DNA of 64,000 bases, from positions 488,570 through 552,569 of the forward strand of contig OZ245439.1 in NCBI GenBank assembly GCA_965226875.1, read 5' to 3'. Made by a program: the position numbers and the translations under genes. This document shows positions 49,409 to 59,861 of this stretch, piece after piece. The notes beneath the pieces were generated by a model. The model worked only from the letters and a program-made list of their open reading frames with translations, did no database searches and was not told where the DNA came from. This DNA comes from Dehalococcoidia bacterium (lineage in GTDB: Bacteria; Chloroflexota; Dehalococcoidia; Lucifugimonadales; UBA3495). Position 1 is the first letter of the stretch; every line of letters begins with the position of its first letter.

Positions 49409-51328
49409 ATGGAATTAGAGGCAAACCTGCAAAGTCACCTTTTCGTTGACTTGGTGACGGTTGTCATTGCCGCTTTCCTGGGCGGCGTCGCGGCTCGCGT
49501 TCTGCGGGCGCCGCCGGTGCTGGGCTATCTGGCCATGGGCATGATCATCGGCCCCTACGTGGCCGGGCGGCCGGGCGTCGAATGGCTCCACTTCGCCACT
49601 GTTGCCGACGTTGACACGGTACACAAGCTGGCCGAGATCGGTGTCGTCCTGTTGGTGTTCGCCATCGGCATCGAAATCTCCTTCCGTGAGCTGGTGAGCC
49701 TCGGCAAGGTGATAGTGGTCGGCGGAATCTTGCAGATTGCGGTGACTGCCGCGCTGCTGACGCCCATCGGCGTTATCCTGGGATTCGACATGACCACGGC
49801 GATCATCCTGGGGATGGTGGGGGCGCTCAGCAGCACCATGGTAGTGCTCAAGACGCTGACCGACCGGGGGGAGATTCACAGCCTTCACGGGCGGCTGCTG
49901 ACCGGCTTTCTGCTGATGCAGGACCTGGTGTTCATCCTGATGATCGCTATGCTGCCGGCCCTGGACGGGAGCGGCAGTGGGGCCAGCGTGCTGCGGGAAA
50001 TCGGGCTGGGTGTGCTCAAGACGGTGGTTATCATCGGCGGCGTGGCGCTGTTGGGCATCAAGGTAATGCCCTTGGTGATGAGCCGCATTACGCTGCTGGG
50101 GTCCCGCGAAGTGTTCGTGCTGATGGTGGTGGCCCTCGTGTTCGCTATCTCCGGCCTCACCAACTTCGTGGGGCTGTCGGCGGCCCTGGGCGCCTTCGTG
50201 GCCGGGCTGCTGCTGAGCGAGTCCGACATCGGCCACTGGGCGCTGGCAGAGGTGGCGCCGCTGCGCGACGTGTTCGCGGCGCTGTTCTTCGCATCGCTGG
50301 GTATGCTGACCGATCCGGTATTCATCGTGGACAACTACGCCAGCGTGCTTGCGGTCATTGGTGCGGCGGTGGCAATCAAGTTCATCGTCACCGCCATCAT
50401 CGTCCGCGTTTCGGGATACCTGCCCAGCACTGCGCTGTTGACCGGGGTGGGTTTGGGACAGATTGGTGAGTTCAGCTTCATCCTGGTAGCCAGTGCGCTG
50501 GCCCTGGGCGTGGTGGAGCAGTCGTTCCACTCGTTGATTGTGGTCTCCGCGGTACTGACTATGGCGTCCGGCCCTCCCATAATAACCGGGGGCACCAAGC
50601 TGGTGTCGGTGCTGAGCGGGCGATTCCGTGTGCTGCGGCCCTACCGAATCGGCGACCCTCACGGAGAGGAGCGTCCCCGGCAGATGTTCGGGCACGTGGT
50701 CATCTGCGGGTTGGGGCGGGTCGGCTCCCTGGTGGCCCAGGAGATGCGGGAACACAACGTACCCTTCACCGTCGTTGACCTGGACCCACGCACCCTGGAT
50801 GAGTGGCGGGCCAACGGGTACCAGACGGTTCTGGGTTCCTCGGACCGTGAGGAGGTGCTGCGGGCGGCCAGGGTGCCGCAGGCAGGGCTGCTGGTGGTCA
50901 CCACCGGCGACCCCGTGTCGGTGGAGATGACCGCCTACCGGGCCCTCCAGCTTCAGCCCGAACTGGATATCGTGGCGCGGGTGAGAGCGCGTTCCGAGGG
51001 CGAAGACTTGCAGAAAATGGGAGTGAATGAGGTGGTCTGGCCGGAGATGGAGGCAGGTCTCGAAATCGTGCGCCACTCCCTCTACCATTATCAGACTCCC
51101 GACTATGAGGTTGACCGGGTTATCTACCAGTTGCGGGAACGCCTCAGCTTCGTGGTATCCGACGAGTCACGTCGCGTCCCGCGCCCCGGCCGGGACGTAC
51201 GCCCGGGAACGGGCGGCTACGCTCCCGGCGGTGATGGGGCCTCCCCTCCCGATCCCGCCCCGGAGCGCGGCGGAAGCAACTCCAACCCCAGGCAGACACG
51301 ACCCGGTGCAAGGAGGCTGCGGGAATAG
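49409..51328 (+). CDS. CPA2 cation:proton antiporter with TrkA-N domain (Kef/YbaL-like)
   Basis: LAEIGV, LSSTMVV, QD, GQIGEFSF, CGLGRVG. Confidence 0.9.
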   Translation: MELEANLQSHLFVDLVTVVIAAFLGGVAARVLRAPPVLGYLAMGMIIGPYVAGRPGVEWLHFATVADVDTVHKLAEIGVVLLVFAIGIEISFRELVSLGKVIVVGGILQIAVTAALLTPIGVILGFDMTTAIILGMVGALSSTMVVLKTLTDRGEIHSLHGRLLTGFLLMQDLVFILMIAMLPALDGSGSGASVLREIGLGVLKTVVIIGGVALLGIKVMPLVMSRITLLGSREVFVLMVVALVFAISGLTNFVGLSAALGAFVAGLLLSESDIGHWALAEVAPLRDVFAALFFASLGMLTDPVFIVDNYASVLAVIGAAVAIKFIVTAIIVRVSGYLPSTALLTGVGLGQIGEFSFILVASALALGVVEQSFHSLIVVSAVLTMASGPPIITGGTKLVSVLSGRFRVLRPYRIGDPHGEERPRQMFGHVVICGLGRVGSLVAQEMREHNVPFTVVDLDPRTLDEWRANGYQTVLGSSDREEVLRAARVPQAGLLVVTTGDPVSVEMTAYRALQLQPELDIVARVRARSEGEDLQKMGVNEVVWPEMEAGLEIVRHSLYHYQTPDYEVDRVIYQLRERLSFVVSDESRRVPRPGRDVRPGTGGYAPGGDGASPPDPAPERGGSNSNPRQTRPGARRLRE

Positions 51329-51413
51329 CCGGGCGCCGAAACTGGCGGGAAATATCTGCCGGGGCTATAATTGATGGGATAGGGAGCCGCGCCGGTTCCC
51401 GGATCCGCCGAGG

Positions 51414-51487
51414 GCGGGCGTAGCTCAGTGGCAGAGCTCTAGCCTTCCAAGCTAGCCATGTGGGTTCGATTCCCATCGCCCGCTCCA
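51414..51487 (+). tRNA. tRNA-Gly (TCC)
   Basis: GCGGGCGTAGCTCAGTGGCAGAGCTCTAGCCTTCCAAGCTAGCCATGTGGGTTCGATTCCCATCGCCCGCTCCA. Confidence 0.96.
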
Positions 51488-51543
51488 ACCGCCTGACTCA
51501 GGCTTCCGCCTTCGGATGGTGGAGCGTAAACAGCGAACCAGAA

Positions 51544-51572
51544 AGGCCCCGGCATCGCAACTGCCGGGGCCT
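51544..51572. terminator. Hairpin terminator between tRNA-Gly and the convergent CDS
   Basis: AGGCCCCGGCA / TGCCGGGGCCT 11-bp stem. Confidence 0.6.
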
Positions 51573-51625
51573 CTTCATGGCCTCGTTATTGCAGTGAAGG
51601 CTTGTGGCCGGCGGCGTCCCCGGCC

Positions 51626-52087
51626 CTAGTTGGAGGCGGCCAGCAGCTCGCGGGCGGCCTGCCGGACGGACGGGGCATCCAGCGCCGCCTCCAGGAGCCC
51701 CTCCTCGTTGGGCTGGAAGACCTCGGGCTGGTGGAAAGTTTGCGCCAACTGCCGCACGGTTTCCTCCCGGTGAGCGTCGGGAATGGCGACCGGATCGCCG
51801 TCGTCCTCCAGCAGCCGGCCTATCTCGGCGGTAATCAGTTCCCGCTCCACGTGGTTGCGCTGAATCTCTGAAATCCGGCCCAGGTGCTTGCCGAGGTAGC
51901 ACCCGCCGAACTGCATAATCTCGCTGTTGCTTCCCTCGAAATCGCCGACGCGCTGGTACTTGGCTTCCAGCTCCCACTCGGTCATGTAGCCGCGCACTTC
52001 CTGGTCTTCGGAGTTGGGGGCTTCCAGGTCGAATACCAAGATGACCCGGTACATGAAGAACTCGGCGGGTTCGACCTTGATGAACAT
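51626..52087 (-). CDS. Hypothetical protein
   Basis: AGGAGG RBS, protein-like acidic composition. Confidence 0.7.
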   Translation of the reverse strand: MFIKVEPAEFFMYRVILVFDLEAPNSEDQEVRGYMTEWELEAKYQRVGDFEGSNSEIMQFGGCYLGKHLGRISEIQRNHVERELITAEIGRLLEDDGDPVAIPDAHREETVRQLAQTFHQPEVFQPNEEGLLEAALDAPSVRQAARELLAASN

Positions 52088-52186
52088 GGCTGCCCTCCTG
52101 TTGGGGCTAAAATGGATCCCCCTGCCGGGGAAAGCGCTTTGAGCCAGTGTGAGGGTTGACTTGGGTTCTTAGGAACTATCGCCGCC

Positions 52187-53236
52187 TCACCGCCCAGCGG
52201 CGCGCATGACGCGGTCGACGTGCTCCGGGCCTTGGGGCAGCACGCCGGCGTCCACCGCGCGCATGGCCTCAATTACGGCGTCGTTGAAGGGTGTGGGGAT
52301 ACCCACCTCACGGCCCTTGGCGGCCACCAGCCCATTCATAAAGTCTATTTCCGAGCGGCGGCCCTTGTGAGCGTCCTGGGCCATGGACGCCAGCCAGTTG
52401 ACGCGCCCGCCGCGGGCCGCCATGAATGCGTCCAGCTCCTCGTACACATCCCCCTTGTCGGCGTCGGCCCAGGTCTGGGTAGGCAGGCCATTGATGTCCA
52501 CCACGTTCAGGCCCATGGCCAACCCGACCTGCGCCCCTTCTTTGCATAGCTGGATGCGTATCGTGCGGCAGCGGGGGTCGTCGGCCATTTCCTGCGAGCC
52601 CAGGCCGGAGGAGGCGGATATGGCGTTGCCCATGGAGTTCTGGCAGAGTTTGGCCCAGCGTTCCCCGAACAGGTTATCGGAGGAATACGCCCCGTCTATG
52701 GTGTCGAGCAGTCCGGCGACCATTTCAGCCCGCGCCGTGACGCGCCCGTCCAGTTCGGCGACCCGGAATACGTGATGCCCGTGGTCGCGGCCCACCGCTC
52801 CGCCGCGCGTCACATGCCCCGGTTCCCACAGGGCCACCTCGATGTGGGATGCGATGCAGCCGATTGTCCGCTCCTCGCCCACGATGCCGCCGATAATGAC
52901 GTCGTTCCAGCAGTTTTGCAGCGACACGAAGAAGCCGTCATCCTTCACATATCGCTTGATGAAGTGGGTGGCCCACTCGGTGTCGTAGGACTTTACGGAG
53001 ATGAAGACGAAGTCGAAGGGTTCGGTGATGCCTTGGGCCTCGGTCAGGTGCATCGCCTTCACCGGCGCGGTAAACGGCCCCTGGCTGCCGGTTACGTGCA
53101 GGCCGTCGGCCCGCATCTTCTCCACGTGTTCCGGCCACATATCGATAAGGGTCACGTCCTCGCCCTCGCGGGACAGGAAAGCGCCGACGTAGCTGCCCAG
53201 AGCGCCCACGCCCATGATGCCGATTTTGTCTCCCAC
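52187..53236 (-). CDS. Ketopantoate reductase (ApbA/PanE) family protein
   Basis: GVGALG, VKSYDT, SLQN, WAKL..N, SMAQD, EIDFMNG. Confidence 0.88.
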   Translation of the reverse strand: MGDKIGIMGVGALGSYVGAFLSREGEDVTLIDMWPEHVEKMRADGLHVTGSQGPFTAPVKAMHLTEAQGITEPFDFVFISVKSYDTEWATHFIKRYVKDDGFFVSLQNCWNDVIIGGIVGEERTIGCIASHIEVALWEPGHVTRGGAVGRDHGHHVFRVAELDGRVTARAEMVAGLLDTIDGAYSSDNLFGERWAKLCQNSMGNAISASSGLGSQEMADDPRCRTIRIQLCKEGAQVGLAMGLNVVDINGLPTQTWADADKGDVYEELDAFMAARGGRVNWLASMAQDAHKGRRSEIDFMNGLVAAKGREVGIPTPFNDAVIEAMRAVDAGVLPQGPEHVDRVMRAAGR

Positions 53237-53304
53237 GATGCTCCTCCTATGTCTGTCGTAGGGGCGCATGATTTTGCGGCCCCTACGCGGGTGGGGTTTC
53301 GTTC

Positions 53305-54888
53305 CTATCCGGCCAGCATGGCGAGCCGGGCGCTTTCGATATGAGACAGCGCCCTGATTTCCTCCATCACATGAAGAGGAATCGGGTCGTCGAGGCCAAT
53401 GACCATCATGGCCTGGCCCCGGAGCCGGATGCGGCCTACGCCCATGAAGCTGATGTTGATGTTGTGGTGGCCGGCGATGGTGCCGACGGCGCCAATGGAG
53501 CCGGGCTGGTCCCGGTTGTCTACAAACAGCAGGTAGGGAGTGTTGGGAACTATGTCCATCCAGTAGTCGTTGAACTTGACGATGTGCGTCTCGTTGCGCA
53601 TGGAAGTGGCGGCGATGGTCAGGCTGCCCTCGGTGGTTTGCAGGGTGGCGGAAATTAGGCTGGCGTACTCTCGCGCCATCCGGTTGCTCTGCTCGGTGAC
53701 GCTCCAGCCCCGCTCCCTGGCCAGCACCGGGGCGTTGATGAGGTTGACGTTGACCGTGCTGACCGGCCCCAGCAGCCCGGCCAGCACCGCCGCCTGGAGC
53801 ATCCGGCAGTCGTGTTGGGCGATCTCGCCTTCGTAGCTGACGGTGATGCCAGTAATCTGCCCCTCGGACAGGACCCCCAGCAGCTTGCCCACCATGGAGG
53901 CGGCCGGAACGTAGGGCGCCAAAACCTCATGTACTTCAGGGGCGACGAAGGGGGCGTTGACGGTGTTGCGGGCCGGTTCGCCTTTCAGCACCGCCAGCAC
54001 CTGCTCGGCCGCCTCGATGGCGACCTCGCGCTGCGCCTCCCGCGTGGAGGCGCCCAAGTGCGGGGTGACGATGACCTTGGGATGCTCCAGCAGCGGGCCC
54101 TGCTCGGGCGGCTCCTGGGCGAACACGTCCAGCGCCACGCCGCTCAGGCGGCCCGACTCCAGACCCGCCAGAAGGGCGGCCTCGTCCACCAGCTCGCCGC
54201 GGGCCACGTTGATGACGCGGGCGCCGGGCTTGATGATCTCGATTTGCCGCATCCCCAGCATTCCGCGTGTGCCCTCGGTGAGCGGAGTGTGCAGGGTCAC
54301 GAAATCGGACTCGGCCAGCAGATCGTCCAGCGACAGCAACTCCACCCCAATGCGGCGGGCGTAGTCGGGCGCGACGAAGGGGTCGTAGCCCACCAGCCGC
54401 ATCCCGAAGGGCTGGGCGCGGCGGGCAACCTCGGTGCCGACCCTCCCCAGGCCACAGATGCCCAGGGTCTTGTCGCGCACTTCGATGCCCATGAAGGCGC
54501 TGCGCCGCCACTCGCCGGATTTTAGCGAGTGGTGGGCGCCGGGGATGTTGCGGGCCAAGGCCAGCATGAGGGCCAGGGTATGCTCGGCGGCGGCCACGGT
54601 GTTGCCGGTGGGAGCATTGACCACGGCGATGCCAGCGCCGGTGGCCGCTTCCAGGTCGATGTTGTCCACTCCGATGCCGGCACGGGCGATGACCTGCAAC
54701 TTCTTGCCGGCCTCGATAACGTCGCGGTTGACCTTGGTCTCGCTGCGCACCACCAGGGCCTCGTAGCCCCCGACGGTTTCCAGCAACTCGGCGGGCTTCA
54801 TGCCCGTCTTGACGTCTACGTCGGCCCCGGTCTCCAGAAGGGAAACCCCCTCCGGGCCGATGGGATCGGAAACTAGAACTCTGGGCAT
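53305..54888 (-). CDS. serA: D-3-phosphoglycerate dehydrogenase
   Basis: VVRSETKV, RAGIGVDNID, NVARG, TPHLGAST, C-terminal ACT domain. Confidence 0.96.
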   Translation of the reverse strand: MPRVLVSDPIGPEGVSLLETGADVDVKTGMKPAELLETVGGYEALVVRSETKVNRDVIEAGKKLQVIARAGIGVDNIDLEAATGAGIAVVNAPTGNTVAAAEHTLALMLALARNIPGAHHSLKSGEWRRSAFMGIEVRDKTLGICGLGRVGTEVARRAQPFGMRLVGYDPFVAPDYARRIGVELLSLDDLLAESDFVTLHTPLTEGTRGMLGMRQIEIIKPGARVINVARGELVDEAALLAGLESGRLSGVALDVFAQEPPEQGPLLEHPKVIVTPHLGASTREAQREVAIEAAEQVLAVLKGEPARNTVNAPFVAPEVHEVLAPYVPAASMVGKLLGVLSEGQITGITVSYEGEIAQHDCRMLQAAVLAGLLGPVSTVNVNLINAPVLARERGWSVTEQSNRMAREYASLISATLQTTEGSLTIAATSMRNETHIVKFNDYWMDIVPNTPYLLFVDNRDQPGSIGAVGTIAGHHNINISFMGVGRIRLRGQAMMVIGLDDPIPLHVMEEIRALSHIESARLAMLAG

Positions 54889-54985
54889 AGGCGGAAACCC
54901 CTTTGAACCCTGTTAAGTTTGCGCCAGGGCCGTAACAGCCCGGACGGCCAGGGCAATCGCGTCTTGATTTCAGCAGGTTGGGTCG

Positions 54986-55130
54986 GAGGAGCGGAGATTG
55001 CCGGTTGGCAGGGGCTGAGTTTTCGTTTTTCCGGTCATTTCCGGTCATTTCCCGCTATTCGGAGCAGCGGAGATTGCCGGTTTGCGGGGGCTGAGTTTTC
55101 GTTTTCCCTCTCATTTCCGCTCATTTCCCA
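54986..55130. repeat. Imperfect 76-bp-period tandem duplication upstream of serA
   Basis: GCGGAGATTGCCGGTT..GGGCTGAGTTTTCGTTTT..TCATTTCC at 54991 and 55067. Confidence 0.8.
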
Positions 55131-55474
55131 CCATTCCGGCAATTCCGGGGTGGCCGCTGGTTCAAGGCAGACCCGCCGGGATCTCAGGCTGGTTGTGTAT
55201 GCCATCCGTTGTAGACATAGCACTAATGTTAGAGAGGTGGCACCAGGCTTGGCAAGGGGCGAATGACGCCTCTTTTTCGTCCAAATGCGATTGCCCTGCC
55301 CGGACGGCGGATTTTCTTGACTTTGCTATCAAATATAGCACACGAGTTTGTAGCGGCGTGGCGGAGAGACGCGCCGCAAGCGGCGTTCCTTGACCCTCGC
55401 TAGGCGCACGGGTAGGATAGTTTACGGCGTGAAAATGCTGGAGTGGGGCGAACAGACGGCAAGGAGAACTCCTA

Positions 55475-56272
55475 TTGTTTGAGAGCACAGGCATCGCACG
55501 GTTAGGTTTACTCTTCACATTCATCATAATTGGTTTACTAGGTTGCTCCGATTCAGGTTCCGATGTCGATGCCACCACTCCTTTGTCTCAAGGGACTGTA
55601 GTGCCTGTACTAACTCAGACGGCAACACAGGTACCTACACCCACGCTATCGCCCACGGTTGCGCCAGAACCTACGCTCGCCCCGCTGCCCACAGCACAAC
55701 CGATGTCGACGCCAGAACCAACAGCCGAGTCTCAACCGACTGCTACACCTGAACTAACGGCCACTCCAACCCCCAAAGCTAATAAGATAGGTGTCGGCAC
55801 ACACATAGTGGGAACAGATATCGAACCCGGAATATATATGGGTCTTGCCGGAACTGAAGTGTTGGATTCCTGCTTTTGGAAGCGGTTAAGCGGACTTAGC
55901 GGAGAACTTTCCGACACCATCGCAAACGACAACTCGGTGGGTCCTTTCTATGTTGAGGTGTCACCTACGGACGTAGCACTGTCCACGCGATGCGAGTTGA
56001 TTGGGTTGGAAAGTGTGCCGGACAAGCAGGAGTACTTGACCCAATTGCCGCCCGGGACCTACCTCGTAGGTAGGGATATCGAACCAAGCATCTACGAAGG
56101 ACTGACTGGAACCGGGGTACTGGACTCATGTTATTGGGAGCGGCTGAGTGGCGTCAGTGGAGAGGTTTACGCCTTAATTGCCAACGACAATGCACAGGGT
56201 AGATACTTCGTACAGGTCAGTTCCACGGACTTTGCAGTTACGTTCGCTTGTGCTGTAACTAAAGTAAACTAG
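55475..56272 (+). CDS. Hypothetical lipoprotein with Pro/Thr linker and two repeated beta domains
   Basis: LLGC lipobox; 'GTHIVGTDIEPGIY..SCFWKRLSG' and 'GTYLVGRDIEPSIY..SCYWERLSG'. Confidence 0.75.
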   Translation: MFESTGIARLGLLFTFIIIGLLGCSDSGSDVDATTPLSQGTVVPVLTQTATQVPTPTLSPTVAPEPTLAPLPTAQPMSTPEPTAESQPTATPELTATPTPKANKIGVGTHIVGTDIEPGIYMGLAGTEVLDSCFWKRLSGLSGELSDTIANDNSVGPFYVEVSPTDVALSTRCELIGLESVPDKQEYLTQLPPGTYLVGRDIEPSIYEGLTGTGVLDSCYWERLSGVSGEVYALIANDNAQGRYFVQVSSTDFAVTFACAVTKVN

Positions 56273-56352
56273 AGACAAGAAAACCTTGCAACGCAAACGG
56301 AATCAATACCCAGTGCCAATTTTCGACCCTAATCGGATAGGAGACGAATGCG

Positions 56353-57570
56353 ATGTTCCTGATGCGGTTTACCGAGCGGGCCTATACCAATTACACGGAG
56401 GAGGATGTTCGCAACAGCCCCAACCAGGCTGTACGGCTTACCTTCTCCAACAGCAACTTCGACCCCATGGTCGGCGCTCGCCAGTACAACGAGTATTTGG
56501 ACGAGTATGAATACTGCGAAGAGGTGGGGTTCGACGGGCTGATGCTCAACGAGCACCACAACACGCCGACCTGCCTGGGCGCCACCATGAACCTGGAGGC
56601 TGCCATCCTCGCCCGCAACACCAAGACGCCCAAGATCGTGCTGCTGGGCAACCCCCTGCCGGTGTTCGACAACCCCCTGCGCCTGGCCGAGGAGCTGGCG
56701 GAGATAGACATGATCTCCGGCGGGCGGCTGGTGTCGGGCTTCGTGCGCGGCACTGGCGTCGAGAGCCTGGCGGCCAACGTTAACCCGCTGTTCAACCGGG
56801 AGCGGTTCGAGGAAGCCCACGACCTGCTCATCAAGACCTGGACCACCCCCGGCCCCTTCCGCTGGGAGGGCAAGCACTATCAATTCCGGGTGGTCAACCC
56901 CTTTGAGCGGCCGATCCAGCAGCCGCATCCGCCCGTCTGGATTCCCGGCCTGGGCAGCCCGGAGACGCTGGTCTGGGCCGCCGAGCGCCGTTACCCCTAC
57001 ATCTACCTCGAGACCGACCCGCAGGGCACCGAAGACATGATGACCATCTACACCGAGACCGCCCGCGAGAACGGCTACGAGCCCGGCCCGGAGAACTTCG
57101 GCTACCTGTGCCGCATCCATGTGCAGGACACCGATGAAAAGGCTTACGAATCCGCCAAAGGCTTCCTGACCGGCAACGTCGGCGTGGGTCGGGTGCCGAT
57201 GCCCCGCGACTACATGATGCCAATCGGTTATAGCGGCAGCGTCAAGGACCCCCGCGTCGCCCGCTATCAGGGTCGCGTCCGCAAGGACCCATTCCTCGGC
57301 CTGGGATTGGAAGAGGCCAGTTACGATGAAATTCTGGCCTCCAACCGCTGGATTGTCGGCAGCCCCGAAACCGTGGTGCGCAAGCTGCGCGACGTGCTGG
57401 GGCAACTGCGTCCCGGCATCCTCGGTGTCTGGACCAACGACGGCGACACGACCCACGCCGACACCATGAACTGCCTGAAGCTCATGGGCGAGGAAGTGCT
57501 GCCAGCCCTGCGCGAAATCGGCGAGGAGCTGGAGCTGACCGATCCGTTCCAGAAAATGCAGGCGGAGTAG
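56353..57570 (+). CDS. LLM class flavin-dependent oxidoreductase
   Basis: GFDGLMLNEHH, DMISGGRLVSGFVRG, QQPHPPVW. Confidence 0.92.
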   Translation: MFLMRFTERAYTNYTEEDVRNSPNQAVRLTFSNSNFDPMVGARQYNEYLDEYEYCEEVGFDGLMLNEHHNTPTCLGATMNLEAAILARNTKTPKIVLLGNPLPVFDNPLRLAEELAEIDMISGGRLVSGFVRGTGVESLAANVNPLFNRERFEEAHDLLIKTWTTPGPFRWEGKHYQFRVVNPFERPIQQPHPPVWIPGLGSPETLVWAAERRYPYIYLETDPQGTEDMMTIYTETARENGYEPGPENFGYLCRIHVQDTDEKAYESAKGFLTGNVGVGRVPMPRDYMMPIGYSGSVKDPRVARYQGRVRKDPFLGLGLEEASYDEILASNRWIVGSPETVVRKLRDVLGQLRPGILGVWTNDGDTTHADTMNCLKLMGEEVLPALREIGEELELTDPFQKMQAE

Positions 57571-57671
57571 TCTCACTGAAACGAGACGGCAAGCTAACAG
57601 GGGCGCACAGCTGTGCGCCCCGACATCGGCCAAGTCCATGTTGAAATCTGAGAATTAAGAGGAGAGCAGCC

Positions 57672-58457
57672 ATGCCCGCGTTTACCGAAGAAATTGTTGA
57701 TGTCGGCGGAGCCAAAGTCCACACGCTGAAGGGAGGCAGCGGCGATCCGCTGCTGTTGCTCCACGGCGCCGGGGGCAATTCGGGGTGGCTCCGCTATGTT
57801 GACGCCCTGGCCGAACATTATACCGTCTACTACCCGTCGCATCCCGGTTACGGTCAGTCTCCCCGGCCCGACTGGCTGGAAAGCATCCCCGACATGGCCG
57901 CCTTCTACACCTGGTACCTGGACGCCCTGGGGCTGGAAAGAGTCCGCACCATCGGCTTTTCAATGGGCGGCTGGATCGCCGCCGAGTTGGTTGCCACCTG
58001 CACCAACGCCATCGGGAAGCTGATGCTGGTGGGCGCAGCCGGCGTGAAGCCGCGCGAGGGCGAAATTGCCGACATCTTCATCATTAGCCCGGCCCAGGTG
58101 CTGGAGTTGCAGTTCCACGACACCAGCCAGGTGGCGGAATACGACGCCATCTACGGCCGGGAACTCTCGCCCGAGGAGCAGCTTACCTCCGACCTGAACC
58201 GCGAGATGGCGGTGCGGCTGACCTGGAAGCCCTATATGTACGACCCGCGGCTGGCCGGTGGCCTCCTCAAGCGCGTCAACGTGCCCACGCGCATGGTTTG
58301 GGGCCGCCAGGACCGCATCGTCCCGGTGGAGTGCGGCAGCGTCTACCTGGAGGCCATCCCCGGTTCCGAGCTGGTGGTCATCGAGAACTGCGGCCACTCC
58401 CCGCAGGTAGAGAAGCCCGACGAGTTCATCAAGACGGCGCTGGAGTTCCTGGCGTAG
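57672..58457 (+). CDS. Alpha/beta hydrolase
   Basis: LLHG, GFSMGG, WGRQD, CGH. Confidence 0.9.
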   Translation: MPAFTEEIVDVGGAKVHTLKGGSGDPLLLLHGAGGNSGWLRYVDALAEHYTVYYPSHPGYGQSPRPDWLESIPDMAAFYTWYLDALGLERVRTIGFSMGGWIAAELVATCTNAIGKLMLVGAAGVKPREGEIADIFIISPAQVLELQFHDTSQVAEYDAIYGRELSPEEQLTSDLNREMAVRLTWKPYMYDPRLAGGLLKRVNVPTRMVWGRQDRIVPVECGSVYLEAIPGSELVVIENCGHSPQVEKPDEFIKTALEFLA

Positions 58458-58460
58458 CTG

Positions 58461-59774
58461 ATGAAGACTAGCGGCGCTCCGGCGTCTTTAGGCGCCGGCC
58501 CTCTGCGATGTCTTGGTACGGTGGCGGTCTGCATCCTGCTGGCCGCCACCTTGCTTGCATGCGCCGCCGACCCGGATTCCGCCGTCGAGGAGCGAATGCT
58601 GGAGCTGGAGGCTAAGGCGCACTCACTGGAGGAGTCCCTGGAGTCCCTGTTGGTCGAGAACGCGAAGCTGAGAGACGAAATCGCCGCCCTCAGGCGGGAG
58701 CAGGCCGAATTCGAAGAAGTGCAGGAAGAGCAACTGGCCAACCTGGTAGAAGGACAGGCCCGAAACAATGATCGCCTCGAAGATGTGGATGTACGGTTGA
58801 AGGAACTGGAGAGGGCCGCGTCGGGGATCGAAGGATTTCTTCCTCTGCTGCGGGTTTGGTTCAACAAGCTGGAAGAGCGGCTGAGGGCGTTGGAAGGAAC
58901 CGTTCTGGAGCGAACCAGAAGGATGGCAGAAGCGGCCGGAGGCGAAGTCTACAACATTGATGATTTCCCTCCGGGGGTTGAAGACCGTTCAATACTGATA
59001 ATGCCCTTGGAAATCATCGAGGGAGAGACTCCTCTCATAGTTTCCATGCACGGCTACGGGGGCAATTCCGCCGACCACAGCTTGTATTTCCCCCTGCACG
59101 AACGAGTGAACGAGGCCGGGTTCGGGCTGCTGCTGGCCAACGGCACTATGGACGCAGAGGGAAACCGTTTTTGGAACCCCACGGACCGGTGTTGTGATTC
59201 CGGCAAGAGCAGCGCGGATGACGTCGCTTATCTGACCGAATTGGTAAACAGGGCCAAGAAGTTGAAGGACTTCGGGCCGGTGTACATTTTCGGCCACTCC
59301 AACGGCGGCTTCATGTCCTACCACATGGCCTGCAAGGGTCTGCCCGGCCTTCGTGCCGTGGCCAGCCTGGCCGGTACGAGCTACGTGGAGGACTCCAGCT
59401 GCGACGGCGCACCCCCCGTGTCCGTGTTGCACATCCACGGCACCGCCGACGGCGTGATCCAGTTCGAGGGCGAAGTTGCCGAGCCGGTCATGGAGGCCGA
59501 CAGCGAGTCGGCCTTCTATGCTGGCGCTCAGGAGATGGTAATGCGCTGGGGCCAGCGCGCCGGCTGCGACTGGCCCGAACACCCTGAGCCCTACGCCACC
59601 CTCGACCTTGACCAATATCTGCCGGGCCCCGAAACCTACACCTTCCGCATGGGATCTGGCTGCGCCGATGGCATCAATATCGAGCTTTGGATGGGCGAGG
59701 GCAGCGGCCACTCCCCCGGCTACGGCGACGACTTCGTGGACGCTCTGGTAGACTGGCTACTGTCGCAGAAGTAA
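58461..59774 (+). CDS. Lipoprotein: coiled coil plus LpqP/PHB depolymerase-like esterase
   Basis: LLAC lipobox, heptad region, HGYG, DDVAY, GHSNGG, HIHGTAD. Confidence 0.78.
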   Translation: MKTSGAPASLGAGPLRCLGTVAVCILLAATLLACAADPDSAVEERMLELEAKAHSLEESLESLLVENAKLRDEIAALRREQAEFEEVQEEQLANLVEGQARNNDRLEDVDVRLKELERAASGIEGFLPLLRVWFNKLEERLRALEGTVLERTRRMAEAAGGEVYNIDDFPPGVEDRSILIMPLEIIEGETPLIVSMHGYGGNSADHSLYFPLHERVNEAGFGLLLANGTMDAEGNRFWNPTDRCCDSGKSSADDVAYLTELVNRAKKLKDFGPVYIFGHSNGGFMSYHMACKGLPGLRAVASLAGTSYVEDSSCDGAPPVSVLHIHGTADGVIQFEGEVAEPVMEADSESAFYAGAQEMVMRWGQRAGCDWPEHPEPYATLDLDQYLPGPETYTFRMGSGCADGINIELWMGEGSGHSPGYGDDFVDALVDWLLSQK

Positions 59775-59861
59775 TCGCTTTTTACAACTTGCAAACGAAA
59801 CCAACTTGCAAACGAAACCTGAGAAGCGCCTGAACCCAATCTGGCAAACGGAGTTCACTCT

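Noticed and set aside
49415-51088. Long antisense ORFs (e.g. 49415-51088, 5282-6463, 17180-18547, 56329-57639)
   Set aside because: Shadows of high-GC real genes on the opposite strand with no recognisable motifs.
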